Source: Selaginella moellendorffii | Lineage: Eukaryota; Plantae; Lycopodiophyta | Assembly: GCF_000143415.4 (NCBI RefSeq) | Contig: NW_003314268.1 | Span: 1-64,000 of the forward strand | Direction of reading: 5' to 3' | DNA length: 64,000 nucleotides | In this document: positions 38,835 to 51,297 of the stretch, piece by piece | Layout of the letters: every line of letters begins with the position of its first letter | How positions within the stretch are numbered: position 1 is the first letter of the stretch | The notes under the pieces: model-generated | What the model was told of the DNA's origin: nothing | Database searches by the model: none | Seen by the model: the letters and a program-made list of their open reading frames with translations, nothing else | Made by a program: the position numbers and the translations under genes

Positions 38835-39330
38835 TTTAAAGATTTTTGGATCTAAATATTTATTAAAGGCAATAATCAAAATTAAACACTACTTCAAGTT
38901 ACTTCAAACCTAACTGCCATCTCGAATTGATGGTATTTAATTCGAACAAGCTACCAAATAAATGTTACCCTTAAATTTAAAGGTATTTAATTTCTATATG
39001 GTTTACACAAAGTTAAATTATGTGTAAATTAAGTATTTTAGTGTAAATATAAACTCCAAGCTAATTTAGAAACTTAACAATTGAATTATTAGCCTCTTTT
39101 ATGTATATAATTGAATGATGTTTTTATTTTTTTTCATTCTCTTATTTCCTCCAAATATATTTGACAAAATATAGAAAAACTTGAAATGAGATTAAATGGT
39201 AGAAACATGGAATATAAATTTGGAGTATGAAATATAGAGTAAGAAGCATTAGATGGTGAAAGTGTAGTTATTACAAAGATTAAAGCTTAAAGTTATTACA
39301 AAGATAAAAAATAATAATTCTCAACACACT
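38835..39330. repeat. AT-rich segment duplicated at ~41305-41735 (flank of the GST tandem duplication)
   Basis: AAAGTTAAATTATGTGTAAATTAAGTATTTTAGTGTAAATATAAACTCCAA and its surroundings recur upstream of both GST copies. Confidence 0.85.
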
Positions 39331-39929
39331 TAATTTAAAAAAGTAATAATAAAGTTAAATATTAATTAAAATAAACACACCATAAAAAATATTCATTTCA
39401 GAGGTAGAGCTCGTCAAAAGTGGCAATTCTTAATGTTTTCTTAACCTTTATAAAATAAAATAATCTTTATATAAGAAAATAAAAAATTATAACATATATC
39501 TTTAATATATATCTTTATAAAAATGACTTAAGCTAGTTTTTTAAATATATAAAACTAGGATTATTAGGTAGTAAAAGTTTAAACTAATAAATATGAAAAC
39601 AATAGCAATGAGGTAAGTATTTGTTATACACAAAAGGCTTTGCCATATATAGATGTACGCACATTTGAGGTAATAAAAAGTTTATATTGACAAAGAAATA
39701 CAAAATAATGAAATGTTAGAATTTAGGCAAGAATAAAAGAACATTCAGCAATGAATAAAAGATTTCTGGAGAAGGTTTGTATAATCATATAGTAACAAAG
39801 TGTTAGCTTCTCATTACTATTTCTATACTTTTAGTTTATAGTTGTTATATGTAAATTTGTAAAACATATTTCTAAACAGAAGCTTCCATAAACATATAAG
39901 GATAAAATTTAAATAAAAAGGCTAATCGT

Positions 39930-39958
39930 AACACACACACACACACACACACAACACA
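39930..39958. repeat. (AC)n microsatellite
   Basis: About 11 consecutive AC units. Confidence 0.95.
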
Positions 39959-40126
39959 GAGTTCTGAAGCAAGAACCCCGAAGGACCGTCTGGATTTCTA
40001 GAAATCTTATTTAGTTTATCAATGAGGCTTTAGAATTCACTAACATAAGGAGTTGTTTATTTGAAGTACTTTTTTTCGAAAGTACTTGAATTGAAAACAG
40101 CATCTATCTTGAAAACCGTCCGTGTT

Positions 40127-40867
40127 TTAGGCAGTCCCGATAACTCGCTGCCTGATAACCTCAGCGAATTCAGCAACCTTGTCTGGGCTTGGAGTGGATA
40201 TCTTGATCGCGTCCACGGAATTTACAGCGTCCACCCACTTGTAGAGATTGGGCCATTCTTCCGGGCCTGGAAGCACGAATCCTCCCACTTTCTGGTAGGC
40301 TTTGAAGCAGCAGATGAATGGAGCCAGAGCAACATCTGCAAAGTTCATAGCGTCGCCGCCAAAGAAAGGCTTGCCTGGAGCGATGGTGCCGAGAGCTTCA
40401 TCGATTTTCATCAGAGCCCACTTCAAGTCCTCCCCGGCTTTCTTGTGCTCCTCCCCCATAGCTCGTATGAGTCGGCTCCCAGCGTCAAAGAGCTGTTGGT
40501 AAGGAAAAATCTGGTTTGATCAACCCGGAAGAAGCAACAAGCTTACTTTTTTGTCACCGAAGTCTGCCCAGAAGCGAGCCACAGCCTTTTCGTATGGATC
40601 TTCCGGGAGGAGCTTGTGAGGACTGGGCCACACACTGTCGATGTAGTCGACGATGATGAGAGACTCACAGATAGGCTTGCCGTTGTGGATGAGAACCGGA
40701 ATCTTAGCGTAGATTGGATTTGCCTCGAGAAGCTCCTTGCTCTTGTTGGGCAACAACCTCTCCTCCTGGTAATCGTAGGACACCCCTTTCAGATCCAGCG
40801 CATAGTGGACTCTCAAGCCAAACATACTCGGCCAGAAGTTCAAGAGCTTCACACTGTCTTTCGACAT
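40127..40867 (-). CDS. GSTU: Tau-class glutathione S-transferase, copy 2; exons 40867-40547, 40492-40127
   Basis: Close paralogue of copy 1 (FWPSMFGLRV) with a 54-bp intron at the same position. Confidence 0.95.
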
Positions 40868-42204
40868 GACTACTTCTCGCACAAAAGAGAAACCCAGAAA
40901 ATACAAGGCACAACGTACCAGTTAGAGGCTTTTGTACGGGTAAATAGTTAGCATCCCACGACTCCAGCGTGCCTGCCACAAAAAGTCAGAAAACTTGTAT
41001 AAAACCATACCTTCTGACGGTCTCGCAACAATCCTTGAGTCAAGGGTAATTTCTTGCGCTATCTCCTACAAAAGGGAAAAGAAGTGTGAGAAATTAACTT
41101 CCGGTTCAAGTACCTTTCTGGAGACAGCTTAAAAGAATCGGTAGGCATAATTTGGTCCTGTGCTACAACTCTTGTCTTGGAGCGAGGCGTCAGTGTTGTC
41201 TGTCTCTGCTGCAAGCAGAAAAGATAAAACATAAAAGATGACGGGAGTCTTTCCAGTGAAAATTATTTCTCAAAGGTTTTACTATTAGATAACAAAAATT
41301 TCTAAAGATTTTTGGATTTAAATATTTATCAAGGGTAGTAAGTATTGTTCAAAGTTACTTCAAATCCATTAAAGATAAGTTACCCTTAAATTTAATTTAA
41401 TTTCTCTAATGTTCAAAAAAAGTTAAATTATGTGTAAATTAAGTATTTTAGTGTAAATATAAACTCCAAACTAATTTAGAAACTTAACAATTGAATTATT
41501 AGCCTCTTTTATGTATATATATAAATGATGCTTTTAATTTTTCCCATTTTTACAATTTCCTCCAAATATACTTTAGCAACACATAGAAAAACTTAAAATG
41601 AAATTATATGATAGAAACATGAAATATAAATCTTGGAGCATGAAATATGGAATATGAAGCATTAGATGGTGAAAGTTTAGTTATTACAATAAAGCTTGAG
41701 AAGTATTTTTTAAAAAAAAAATAATTCTCAACATATTGTAAGTGCATGGAATATGAAAATGGAGTGCATATTAATCAACCTAAAAACCCTAGTTTATATA
41801 CAAGAGTGAATGGTCTAAATTGAAATCAATCTGACAGCTATTAAATCCCACTATGTTAATATTAGTATACTGCATTGTAGCCATACACTTAAACCTTATA
41901 TCATCCTCTCCTTTTGGAATGATGGAATAGAGTTCTTTTATGGATGGGCTGGGATCTGGAAGAACATTAGAATGAAGCATTAATCGATCTGTAAGTGGTG
42001 CAAGTTGTTCCTGATCCCTTTGTATGAAATGTTTCAACTGCTACACATACACAATTTTTGAAGGATTAATTTGTTAAATGTCATGCCAAACTTTATAAAT
42101 TTGCAGTCCAACTTGCCGCAATAGTCTCTTCCACTGAGCAAGGAGCCCTCTAGAAAAACTATGTACCATAAGATGGGAAAACAACTTACACTTAAGTCAT
42201 CCAC

Positions 42205-42304
42205 NNNNNNNNNNNNNNNNNNNNNNNNNNNNNNNNNNNNNNNNNNNNNNNNNNNNNNNNNNNNNNNNNNNNNNNNNNNNNNNNNNNNNNNNNNNNNNNN
42301 NNNN
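42205..42304. other. Assembly gap (100 N); a second gap lies at 47411-47510
   Basis: Runs of N. Confidence 1.
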
Positions 42305-42884
42305 GTAGTGGATAATGATGAGTTGTACACCATTGTTATCCCATTTATATATGACCCAGGTGTTCAGAAAACTTTGCTTGGACAAGTGGAAGTATACTTG
42401 TTAAATATTGATCCCAAGATTGTAAAGCAACTAAATTTTCCATTCTACTTTAATCACTTAACCACACTTTTGACCACTTGGAAGAGTTTTGCTCACAACC
42501 TCCATGAGTTTTATTCCATTCGACCTCGGACTCCATCCCGGATCCATCTCGAACTCCATCTCGAGTCCATCTCGGACTCCATCTCAAGTTCATCTTGGAT
42601 CTATATCAGACTCCATCTCGAACTCCATCTTGGGTCCATCTCAAGTCCATATCGGGCTCCATCTCAGACTCCTTCTTGGACTTGTTCTTGACACTTTTAT
42701 ATATCATGACACTCACCATGTGTTAGTCTTTCTTGTGTCCCATTTTAGAGACTCATTCCTCAATTGCTTCCTGCTCACCCCTTGAGCACTTCGTTCGGAG
42801 TTCCACTCCCACTCTTGACTTTCCAAATCAGAATATTTGGTCTAACTATATTATATTTGTTGGACTTCCGCTTCGACCACTACC

Positions 42885-43477
42885 TGTAAGCAACCAAAGG
42901 GAACGACTTGAGAGACGATCCATAAGGTTCAAATATAGAGGGAAAGGGCCCATGAACAAGAGTGCACCCCCTTTTCCAATCGGTTAATGGTCTTGGGATA
43001 GTTGGGGTTAAGCGTCCTTGGGTTTGAATAGTACTGGGCTGGGTGACCTCTTGGGAAGTCCAAACTCAGGAGCTTACATTTGGTATCAGAGGGGTCTTGG
43101 GTCCGACTCTGTTGGTTGGCTAGGGGAATCACACCACATGTTGATTGACATCTGGCTGGTCCAGTTTGCTCCCGCTGGGCTTGACCCGAGGGGTAGGGTG
43201 TCAAGAGAGCGAGGCTCTCGGGAGAGCTGCGGCTCTCAGCTTCCGTTCACGAGGGCGTGAACTTGCAGAGAAGCGTGGTGGATTATAAGCAACCAAAGGG
43301 AACGACTTGAAAGACGATCCATAGGGTTCAAATATAGAGGGAAAGGGCCCATGAACAAGAGTGCACCCCCTTTTCCAATCGGTTAAGGGTCTTGGGATAG
43401 TTGGGGTTAAGCGTCCTTGGGTTTGAATAGTACTGGGCTGGGTGACCTCCCGGGAAGTCCAAACTCAGGAGCTTACA
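42885..43477 (+). mobile_element. Complete Cassandra-type TRIM retrotransposon (593 bp)
   Basis: 194-bp LTRs 42885-43078 and 43284-43477 (TGTAAGC...GCTTACA, 6 differences), PBS TGGTATCAGAGGG at 43081, purine tract before the 3' LTR, 5-bp TSD CTACC, non-coding interior, 5S-rRNA-like core in both LTRs. Confidence 0.95.
43007..43061 (+). promoter_or_regulatory. 5S rRNA-derived Pol III internal control region in the 5' LTR (second copy 43406-43460)
   Basis: GTTAAGCGTCCTTGGGTTTGAATAGTACTGGGCTGGGTGACCTCYYGGGAAGTCC aligns without gaps to the plant 5S stretch GTTAAGCGTGCTTGGGCGAGAGTAGTACTAGGATGGGTGACCTCCTGGGAAGTCC (box A to box C). Confidence 0.9.
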
Positions 43478-44926
43478 CTACCATGTGGCACCCTTTCTAC
43501 TTTACTTTAGGGCTTAGGGATTTGTGTCTCACAAAGATTTAGCATTGGTAGCTTGTGGCAATCATATAAGATAAACTTAACTCCATTGATAGTATTGGAT
43601 TATGACCATATAGGAGTTTATAAGGTGAAGCACTAACAAAAATTTGCACCCTTGTGACATACGCATACAAAAGAGATGGCAAATAACCATCTCAATTTGA
43701 ATCCTGAAAGTTTATATACTTCACGATCATCCCTTTGAAGGTCTAAACAAGCTATTTCACTAAACCATCTGACGATGGATGATAAACACTCATGAAAGTG
43801 TAGTGTATCCCCAACCGAGAGGTCAAAACATGAAATGCTTCAGCCATAATTATGGGACTATTTTCCGAAAGTCTTATAAAAAATATGAGAAAAGAGCAAA
43901 GAAGGAAGAGCTCGAGAATGGGCATCAACATTAGCCATTAAACTCCCCAGATGATGAACAACATCAAAATCATATATCTAAAGTTTCATAACCCACTAAG
44001 CAGTATGACCAACCAAATTCTTTTGCTTCAATAATGAAGTAACCACAGCATCATCACCTTTTAATAATATTAGAAAACCATATAGATATGTATGAAATTT
44101 CTCGAAATCGCAAATTGCTACTAAACACCTCTACTAGTTGTAATATTTAGTTGATATATACAATGGGATAGACCAAACACACTTGAGCTCTCTTACATCA
44201 ACACACCTCCAAAAGGAATATCATAAGCACCTTTGTCACACCGGTGATCTAACACCATATACATCACAGTCCCGTCTTTCAAAGATTGGGCCATCTATCC
44301 ATGAGTGATCATCCTAGATCCATTCCTTAGCATTGAACACTTCACTAAGTTATCTCACTTGTTAATCATTTTTCTAACTACACTACACCGTTGCAAGTGT
44401 TGTTGAAGTTGTCAATATCATCTTTCATATGGTCTATGGACTGTGAGCAGACATAAAAAACTATTAACAACTCCTCCAATTTTAGTATATCCTAACTACA
44501 CTTGACCTTTCATTTTACATGTGGATGAATGGGCATGGTCTTAACATAACAAACTAATATATTAATGGTACCTTTAGGTGTCAATCATGAAATTAAACAC
44601 ATGGAGCACTTGGACCAAGTGCAAATGTTGAGTGGTATAGATACCATTTTTAAGGCTAGTAAGTCCCCAAGTTTGGAATAAGACTTATGGAAGTTGTGAG
44701 TGAGACTCCTTCAAGTGGTCAAAAGTGTGGTTAAGTGACTAAAATAAAATGAAAAATTTAGTCACTTACAAATCCAGGAGATTAACAGTGTGAGAAAAAG
44801 GGTATATATTTGGGATTATCACTTCATTTAATGGATGATAGCTAATGTAGAAACGATTACTCCTATCAGGCTTCGTCACAAGATGAGGTTCACACACCTA
44901 AGAACTCCATAACTTTTAAATAACGT

Positions 44927-45591
44927 CTGAGTATAAGGTTCAGGACATCCTTGATTCCAAGATTTCACGGTCTAAACTCTACTATCTGGTCGATTGGAAG
45001 GGTTACGGACATGAGGAACGCACTTGGGAACCTGCGGACAACCTGATTCATTCTCCTGACCTTGTTCAGGACTTCCACCGCCGCTATCCTTCTCGTCCCA
45101 GTCTTCATTCTTTTTCTCCATCTCCCATCCCTCGCCGCTCATCTCATCCTCCTCTTCGTTCTCGTTCACATCCTCGTTCCACTCGTTCTTGAGGACGGGG
45201 TGCTGTCAGGAATCCCCCAATTCTTGCCACATTCCTGACTCTTGCTGGATTCCTGACCTGCAGACCACATTCCTGACTCTCGAGACACTTCCCTATTCCT
45301 GACTCTCGAGACACTTCCCTATTCCTGACTCTCGAGACACTTCCCGATTCCTGAGTCTCGAGCCACATTCCTGATGATGATGTGGCGCCTCCTCGACCTC
45401 AGGTATATTTAGGCCGTCCTCGATCCAAGAGTGGTGGAGCTTCATCAACCTATAGTATATATAGGTTAGCCTTGTTCCATTTCTCCACAATCTGAATCAA
45501 CGCCAGTCTAAGGCCTCTTCTTTGTTTCCACTAGCTTTTTCTCTTTGTCTTTTTGCATTTTTTAGTCTTGATCTTGTCGGGGGTCTTGACA
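44927..45591 (+). mobile_element. 5'-truncated chromovirus copy: chromodomain, PPT and 388-bp 3' LTR (45204-45591)
   Basis: YKVQDILDSKISRSKLYYLVDWKGYG chromodomain, GAGGACGGGG PPT and TGTCA..TGACA LTR; near-identical to the element at 47172-52691 in the opposite orientation. Confidence 0.93.
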
Positions 45592-47556
45592 GTGATGCCA
45601 TTTGGTTTGAACAATGCTCTAACAACTTTTCAGCAGATGATGGACGAGGTTCTTTACGATATGCCAAAGGTGACTGCTGACTTCATTGATGATGTCTCGA
45701 TCCACTCGGAGGGGACGTGAGAGGAGCACGTTCGTGATGTTTGTAAAGTGTTGGATCAGCTATGCAACTTTGGTTTAAAGCTGAAGCGGTTGAAGTGCGT
45801 GTTTGGGTCCAAGGACACAATTTATCTTGGGTACTGTATTTCTCGTGAAGGTTTGCAAGTTGATCCTAACAAACTTGTGGCTGTTTTAAAGTTCCCTACT
45901 CCGAAGTGTGTGAATGATGTGCAGCGCTTCTTGGGCAAGGTGTAGTATCTCAGTCGTTTTGTGGATCATCTTTCTGATCGCACTGCACCATTGTGAGTTT
46001 TGCTGAAGTCATCAATGTCATCTTTCATCTGGTCTCTGGATTGTGAGCGGGCGTTTGTGGATCTCAAAGAGCTATTGACGACTCCTTTAGTTTTGGCATA
46101 TCCTGACTACACTTGACCTTTTATTTTGCATGTGGATGCTTTTGACGTTGGTCTTGGAGGTGTGTTCATGCAAGAGAGCTTGAGTGTGCTTGGTCAGCAC
46201 CATCCCATTGCGTATATAAGCCATACGTTACAACCAGCGGAGATGAACTACTCCACGACGGAGAAGGAGTGTTTAGCAGTAGTCTGGGGTTTTGAGAAAC
46301 TTCATGCATATCTACATAGTTCTCGGATGTTACTTGAAGGTGACCATGCTACTGTTACTTCATTATTGAAGCGGAAAAACCTGGTTGGTCATACTACTCG
46401 ATAGGCTTTGAAGCTTCAGATATATGATTTTGATGTTGTTCATTGCCCATGGAGTTCTATAGCTGATGCTGATGCCCTTTCTTGAGCTCCTCTTCCTTCT
46501 CCACTCTTTTCTCATGTTTCTGACGAGCCTGTTATTCCAGCATCTGTGGATTTTCTAGACGAGGATTTTGTGCCGTCGGCGGTTGCTGTACTTAATGTTT
46601 AGTGTCCACAAGGCGCAAAGCAAGATCTACCTTCTCTTGATGAGGTCTGTGAGGCTCAAAAACTTGAGCCATGGATTCGAAGACTTCAAGATGGGTTTGA
46701 GAATCTTGCATTACTTGTTGATAACTTGCCATTCCGGCATTTACATTTTAAGTATCACCTTAAAGACAACCTTTTTTATTTTGTGGGGACGGATCTTGAT
46801 GATCATTTACGGTTGGTGGTGCCTTCTGTCTTTATTCCACAGTTTCTCCATGCCTACCATGATTCTCCTGTTCTCTGTGGGTATATGGGACATCGTCGTG
46901 TGACTGAAAAGCTGCACAGATCCTTCTATTGGCCGGAGATGCGACATGATATTATCCGGTATATGCGTACCTGCGTTTGGTGCCAAACTCGTAATACTCC
47001 CCCTCGTGCTGCGGAAGGACGATTGGAGTCAATTGCAGTTTCCCATCTATTTGAGTTTGTGGCGTTTGATTTTATGGGACCTTTTCCATAGTCGACTGCG
47101 GGCAATGAGTATGTTATTATTGTTTCTGACTACTTGACTCGTTGGGTGGAAGTTAGTGCTCTTGCTAGCACTGTCAAGACCCCCGACAAGATCAAGACTG
47201 GAAAATGCAAAAAGACAAAGAGAAAAAGCTAGTGGAAACAAAGAAAAGGCCTTAGACTAGTGTTGATTCAGATTGTGGAGAAATGGAACAAGGCTAACCT
47301 ATATATACTATAGGTTGATGAAGCTTCACCACTCTTGGATCGAGGACGGCCTAAATATACCTGAGGTCGAGGAGGCGCCACATCATCATCAGGAATGTGG
47401 CTCGAGACTCNNNNNNNNNNNNNNNNNNNNNNNNNNNNNNNNNNNNNNNNNNNNNNNNNNNNNNNNNNNNNNNNNNNNNNNNNNNNNNNNNNNNNNNNNN
47501 NNNNNNNNNNTCAGGAATGTGGCAAGAATTGGGGGATTCCTGACAGCACCCCGTCC

Positions 47557-50500
47557 TCAAGAACGAGTGGAACGAGGATGTGAACGAGAACGAAGAGGAG
47601 GATGAGATGAGCGGCGAGGGATGGGAGATGGAGAAAAAGAATGAGGACTGGGATGAGAAGGATAGCGGCGGTGGAAGTCCTGAACAAGGTCAGGAGAATG
47701 AATCAGGTTGTCCGCAGGTTCCCAAGTGCGTTCCTCAGGTCCGTAACCCTTCCAGTCGACCAGATAATAGAGTTTAGACCGTGAAATCTTGGAATCAAGG
47801 ATGTCCTGAACCTCGTACTCAGACCCATCCTCGAGCTGCACTGGTGGAGGCGGAGGAATGACCCGATTTGGAATAGGACTGGGAATATAAGGCTCAAGGA
47901 GAGAGGAGTGAAAAACGGGGTGAATTTGATATGAGGAGGGAAGTGCAAGGCGATAAGTGACGGGATTAATGATGGCAGTGATAGGAAAAGGACCGAGGCG
48001 TTTGAAATTGAGTTTTGGACAGGGCCTAGTGGTGGAGATATTGCGCCTGAGGAGCCAGAATTTATCCCCGATATTGTAAGGGGGACAATCCTGATGATGG
48101 ACATTGGCAAATGTTTTGTGAGATTCCTGAGCACGATGGAGGTGGAAGGAGATGGAGTTGTGGATTTCCTGGAGGTTGGAGATAAATGCCTTAGAGCGGG
48201 GATTTGAACGAGAGGATTCAGATGGAGAAGGAAGTGAGAGATTGAATCGGGGATTTCGGCCAGAGTTCGCAAAGAAGGGGGAAACTCGAAGAGAGGAGTG
48301 AACAGAGTTGTTATAGGAGAACTCAGCAAGGGGAAGGATATCGAACTAGTTATCCTGATGATAGTTGATGAAGCATCTCAAGAATTGTTTCAGTGTCTGA
48401 ATCGTTCGCTCGGACTGTCCATCAGTTTGAGGATGATATGCCGAAAAGAGGTTGGCCTTCACTCCAAGCAACTGCAAAAACCGTTGCCAGAAATGAGAGA
48501 TGAATTGAGGCCCCCGATCCGAAACCACATCTGTAGGAATCCCATGAAGTCGGAAAATTTCCCTGAATACCAGTTTTGCCATGTCCTTGCCCGAAAATTC
48601 CTTGGTACACGGCAAGAAGTGCGCCATCTTTGTGAAGCAATCCACCACGACTAAAATACTGTTGAAGCCTCCAGAACTCGGAAGATCACTCAAGAAATCC
48701 ATGGAGATGGATTCCCAAGGACCTGAAGGGACCGGGAGGGAACGAAGCAAACCTGAAGGAAGGTGGCGAGGTATCTTATTTCGAGCACAAGTGTCACAGG
48801 AGGTAACAAAAGCTTTGATGTAGTCATCCATGTGATGCCACCAAAAGTCCCGTGCAACTAGCTCATAGGTTTTCGCAATGCCGAAGTGACCAGCAGTCGG
48901 GCTATCGTGGCACGCCATCAGGACCAACCTTCGAGCATCACCTTCAGGAACGTAAAGCTGCTCCCCATGGTACAATAAGCCATCTAAGAACTCGAACTCG
49001 TCAAATCGCCGGCAGTCGGGAGTCACTGGGTGTCCAGCCTAAAGATGGGTGAAAATATCGCTGGTGAGGTCATCGAATTGGAGATCATTTCTGATTGCAT
49101 CCATCAAGGAGGAGTCCTGAGGGGCCAGGGAAATTGCCATAACTTGAAGCCGATCAGGACCGAGGATAACTTGATCCTGTTGATCGAAGGTAGGATTACC
49201 AAGCCTAAGACTGAGATAGGAGCGCCTTGAAAGAGCATTAGGAAGGCCTTGAAGCTTTCCAGGTCTGTACTTGATAACAAAGTCAAACCGACTCAAGAAT
49301 TGTGCCCACCTTGCTTGACGACGGCTCAAAACTCGGGAAGTGGCAAAGTACTCGAGATTTTTGTGATCCGTCCAGACTATTGTTTGATGGTCCGCCCCCT
49401 CCAAGAAACGGCGCCACTCTCCAAAGGAATCCACGATGGCAAGGAGCTCCTTGTCGTGGATTTCGTAATTGATTTCTGCAGGCTGGAATTTCCGAGAATG
49501 GAAAGCGACTGGATGAAGTTCGTGATCCGCTCCGAGTTGAGACAGCACAGCACCAATGGCAAAGTCGGAGGCGTCAGCCTCGATGAAGAAAGGTTGTGAG
49601 GAATCAGCATGGATCAAGACAGGAGCAAAACTGAAGGCCGCCTTGAGTGTGTCGAAGGCCTGCTGGGCAGCAGTAGACCAAGAGAAGGGAACATCCTTGC
49701 GAGTGAGATGCGTGAGAGGAAGGACAATGTCAGAGTAGTGATCAATGAATTTGCGGTAGAAGTTGGCGAAGCCAAGGAAAACTTGAACGTCCGACATTGA
49801 TTGTGGAGGCTCCCATTCGAGAATAGTCTTGACTTTGGCAGGATCCATCGTGATACCCTCAGGAGTGACAATGTACTCAACGAACTCCATAGACTGCTGA
49901 TCAAACGAGCATTTCTCAAGCTTCGCATATAGGCCGTGTTCTCGCCGCTTCGCTAGCACTTTGCGTACATGTTCGTCGTGCTCCTCCTGAGTTTTTGAGT
50001 AGATGAGGATGTCATTGAGGTAGACGATCACCATCTGATCAAGAAACTCCCGAAAGACATCATTCGCCATGTGTTGGAAAACTGCTGGAGCATTTATCAA
50101 GCCAAATTGCATGACAGTGTACTCGAAGTGGCCATAGCAGGTTTGGAACGCAGTCTTCCATTCATCACCAGGCCGGATCCGGATCAGGTTGTATGCTCCA
50201 CGGAGGTCAATCTTGGTGAAGAAGCGGGCACCGCCGAGGCGTTCCAACAGGTCCGAGATCAGGGGCAGCGGATAACGGTTCCGAATAGTCACCTTGTTCA
50301 AACCTCGGTAGTCGATGACTAGCCGCAAACTCCCATCCTTCTTCTTGACAAAGAAGACAGGCGCTCCAGCCGGGGACTGCGAATGCTGAATGTAGCCTGA
50401 GGCAAGGTTCTCATCCACGTACTCTTTGAGGGCCTTAAGCTCGGACGGGGATAACCCGTAGATAGGCCCCCACGGAGGTGACGCTCCTTCCTGTAAATCA

Positions 50501-51297
50501 ATGGGACAATCATAAGGCCGATGAACAGGCAGTACATTAGCTTTTTTTTTGTCAAACACATCCCCAAAATCATGATACTTCTCAGGAAGACTGACAGGAG
50601 AAACATGCAAAGCAAAAAGGAAAAGAGGTTCTTCATGAAGGAGTTCTTTCATAGTGATTGTGGAGATAGGAGGAGGCATACGACTAAATGGAATGATAAG
50701 ACGAGGATACGGTCCAATGTAAGATGGAAGAGAGGAAAAAGAAGAGAGTGAAAACTTTGTAGAGTCAGGAACAGAGCTCCGATTCCTGATTCGGACTCGA
50801 TGAACAACAGGGGAAGCCGTGGGAGAGATGAGCTGTAATTCCTTCCAACAGATATGAGGCTGATGTAGTTGGAACCAAGGAAGACCGAGCACCACAGAGG
50901 AGGACTTGCTGTTGATGATGTTGAAGGTGATATCGGTGACGGTGGACCCGATGTGTACTCGAATGGGCAACGTTTCCCTAAGTCCAGAAGATGGAGACAC
51001 AAAATGCCCACTGATGCCTTCAACCCTCAAATCCCGTATGGTAGGAGAAAGAGGAACGTGATGTCGGGCAGCAAAGTCCGTGTCCATGAAGCAGGAAGTT
51101 GCACCCGAGTCCAGTAGCGCCAGAGCCTTGAGTCCTGATTGTTCGGTGAAAGAAAGGAGATATGGAACGCGGAAGTTGCGGGAATTGGTGGTGGCTTTGA
51201 TGAAAGGTGGTGAGGAGCTTGATAAAGAAGAAAAGTGATTTTTATTCGGGGAGTCCAAACAGACAGCTCCTACTCTGTTTGGACAGGGTCGTTTCCC
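47557..51297 (-). pseudogene. pol: Chromovirus pol (PR-RT-RH-IN-CHD)
   Basis: ORFs 49039-51363, 48346-49026 and 47557-47841 carry protease, RT, RNase H (EADAS, YEIHDKELLAI), integrase (SMDF, SDRG, GQSER) and chromodomain. Confidence 0.93.

Larger units (their letters stand above)
42330..43532 (-). mobile_element. Inverted copy of the LTR-like minisatellite-bearing repeat, interrupted by Cassandra
   Basis: Reverse complement of TGTGAGACACAAATCCCTAAG ends at ~43532; GGACTCCATCTC units at 42525-42675; homology to 4602-5125 resumes across the Cassandra TSD. Confidence 0.75.

Noticed and set aside
43007-43061. 5S rRNA gene
   Set aside because: Only about 55 of 120 nt are present, inside both LTRs of a TRIM, with no 5' domain or oligo-T terminator.
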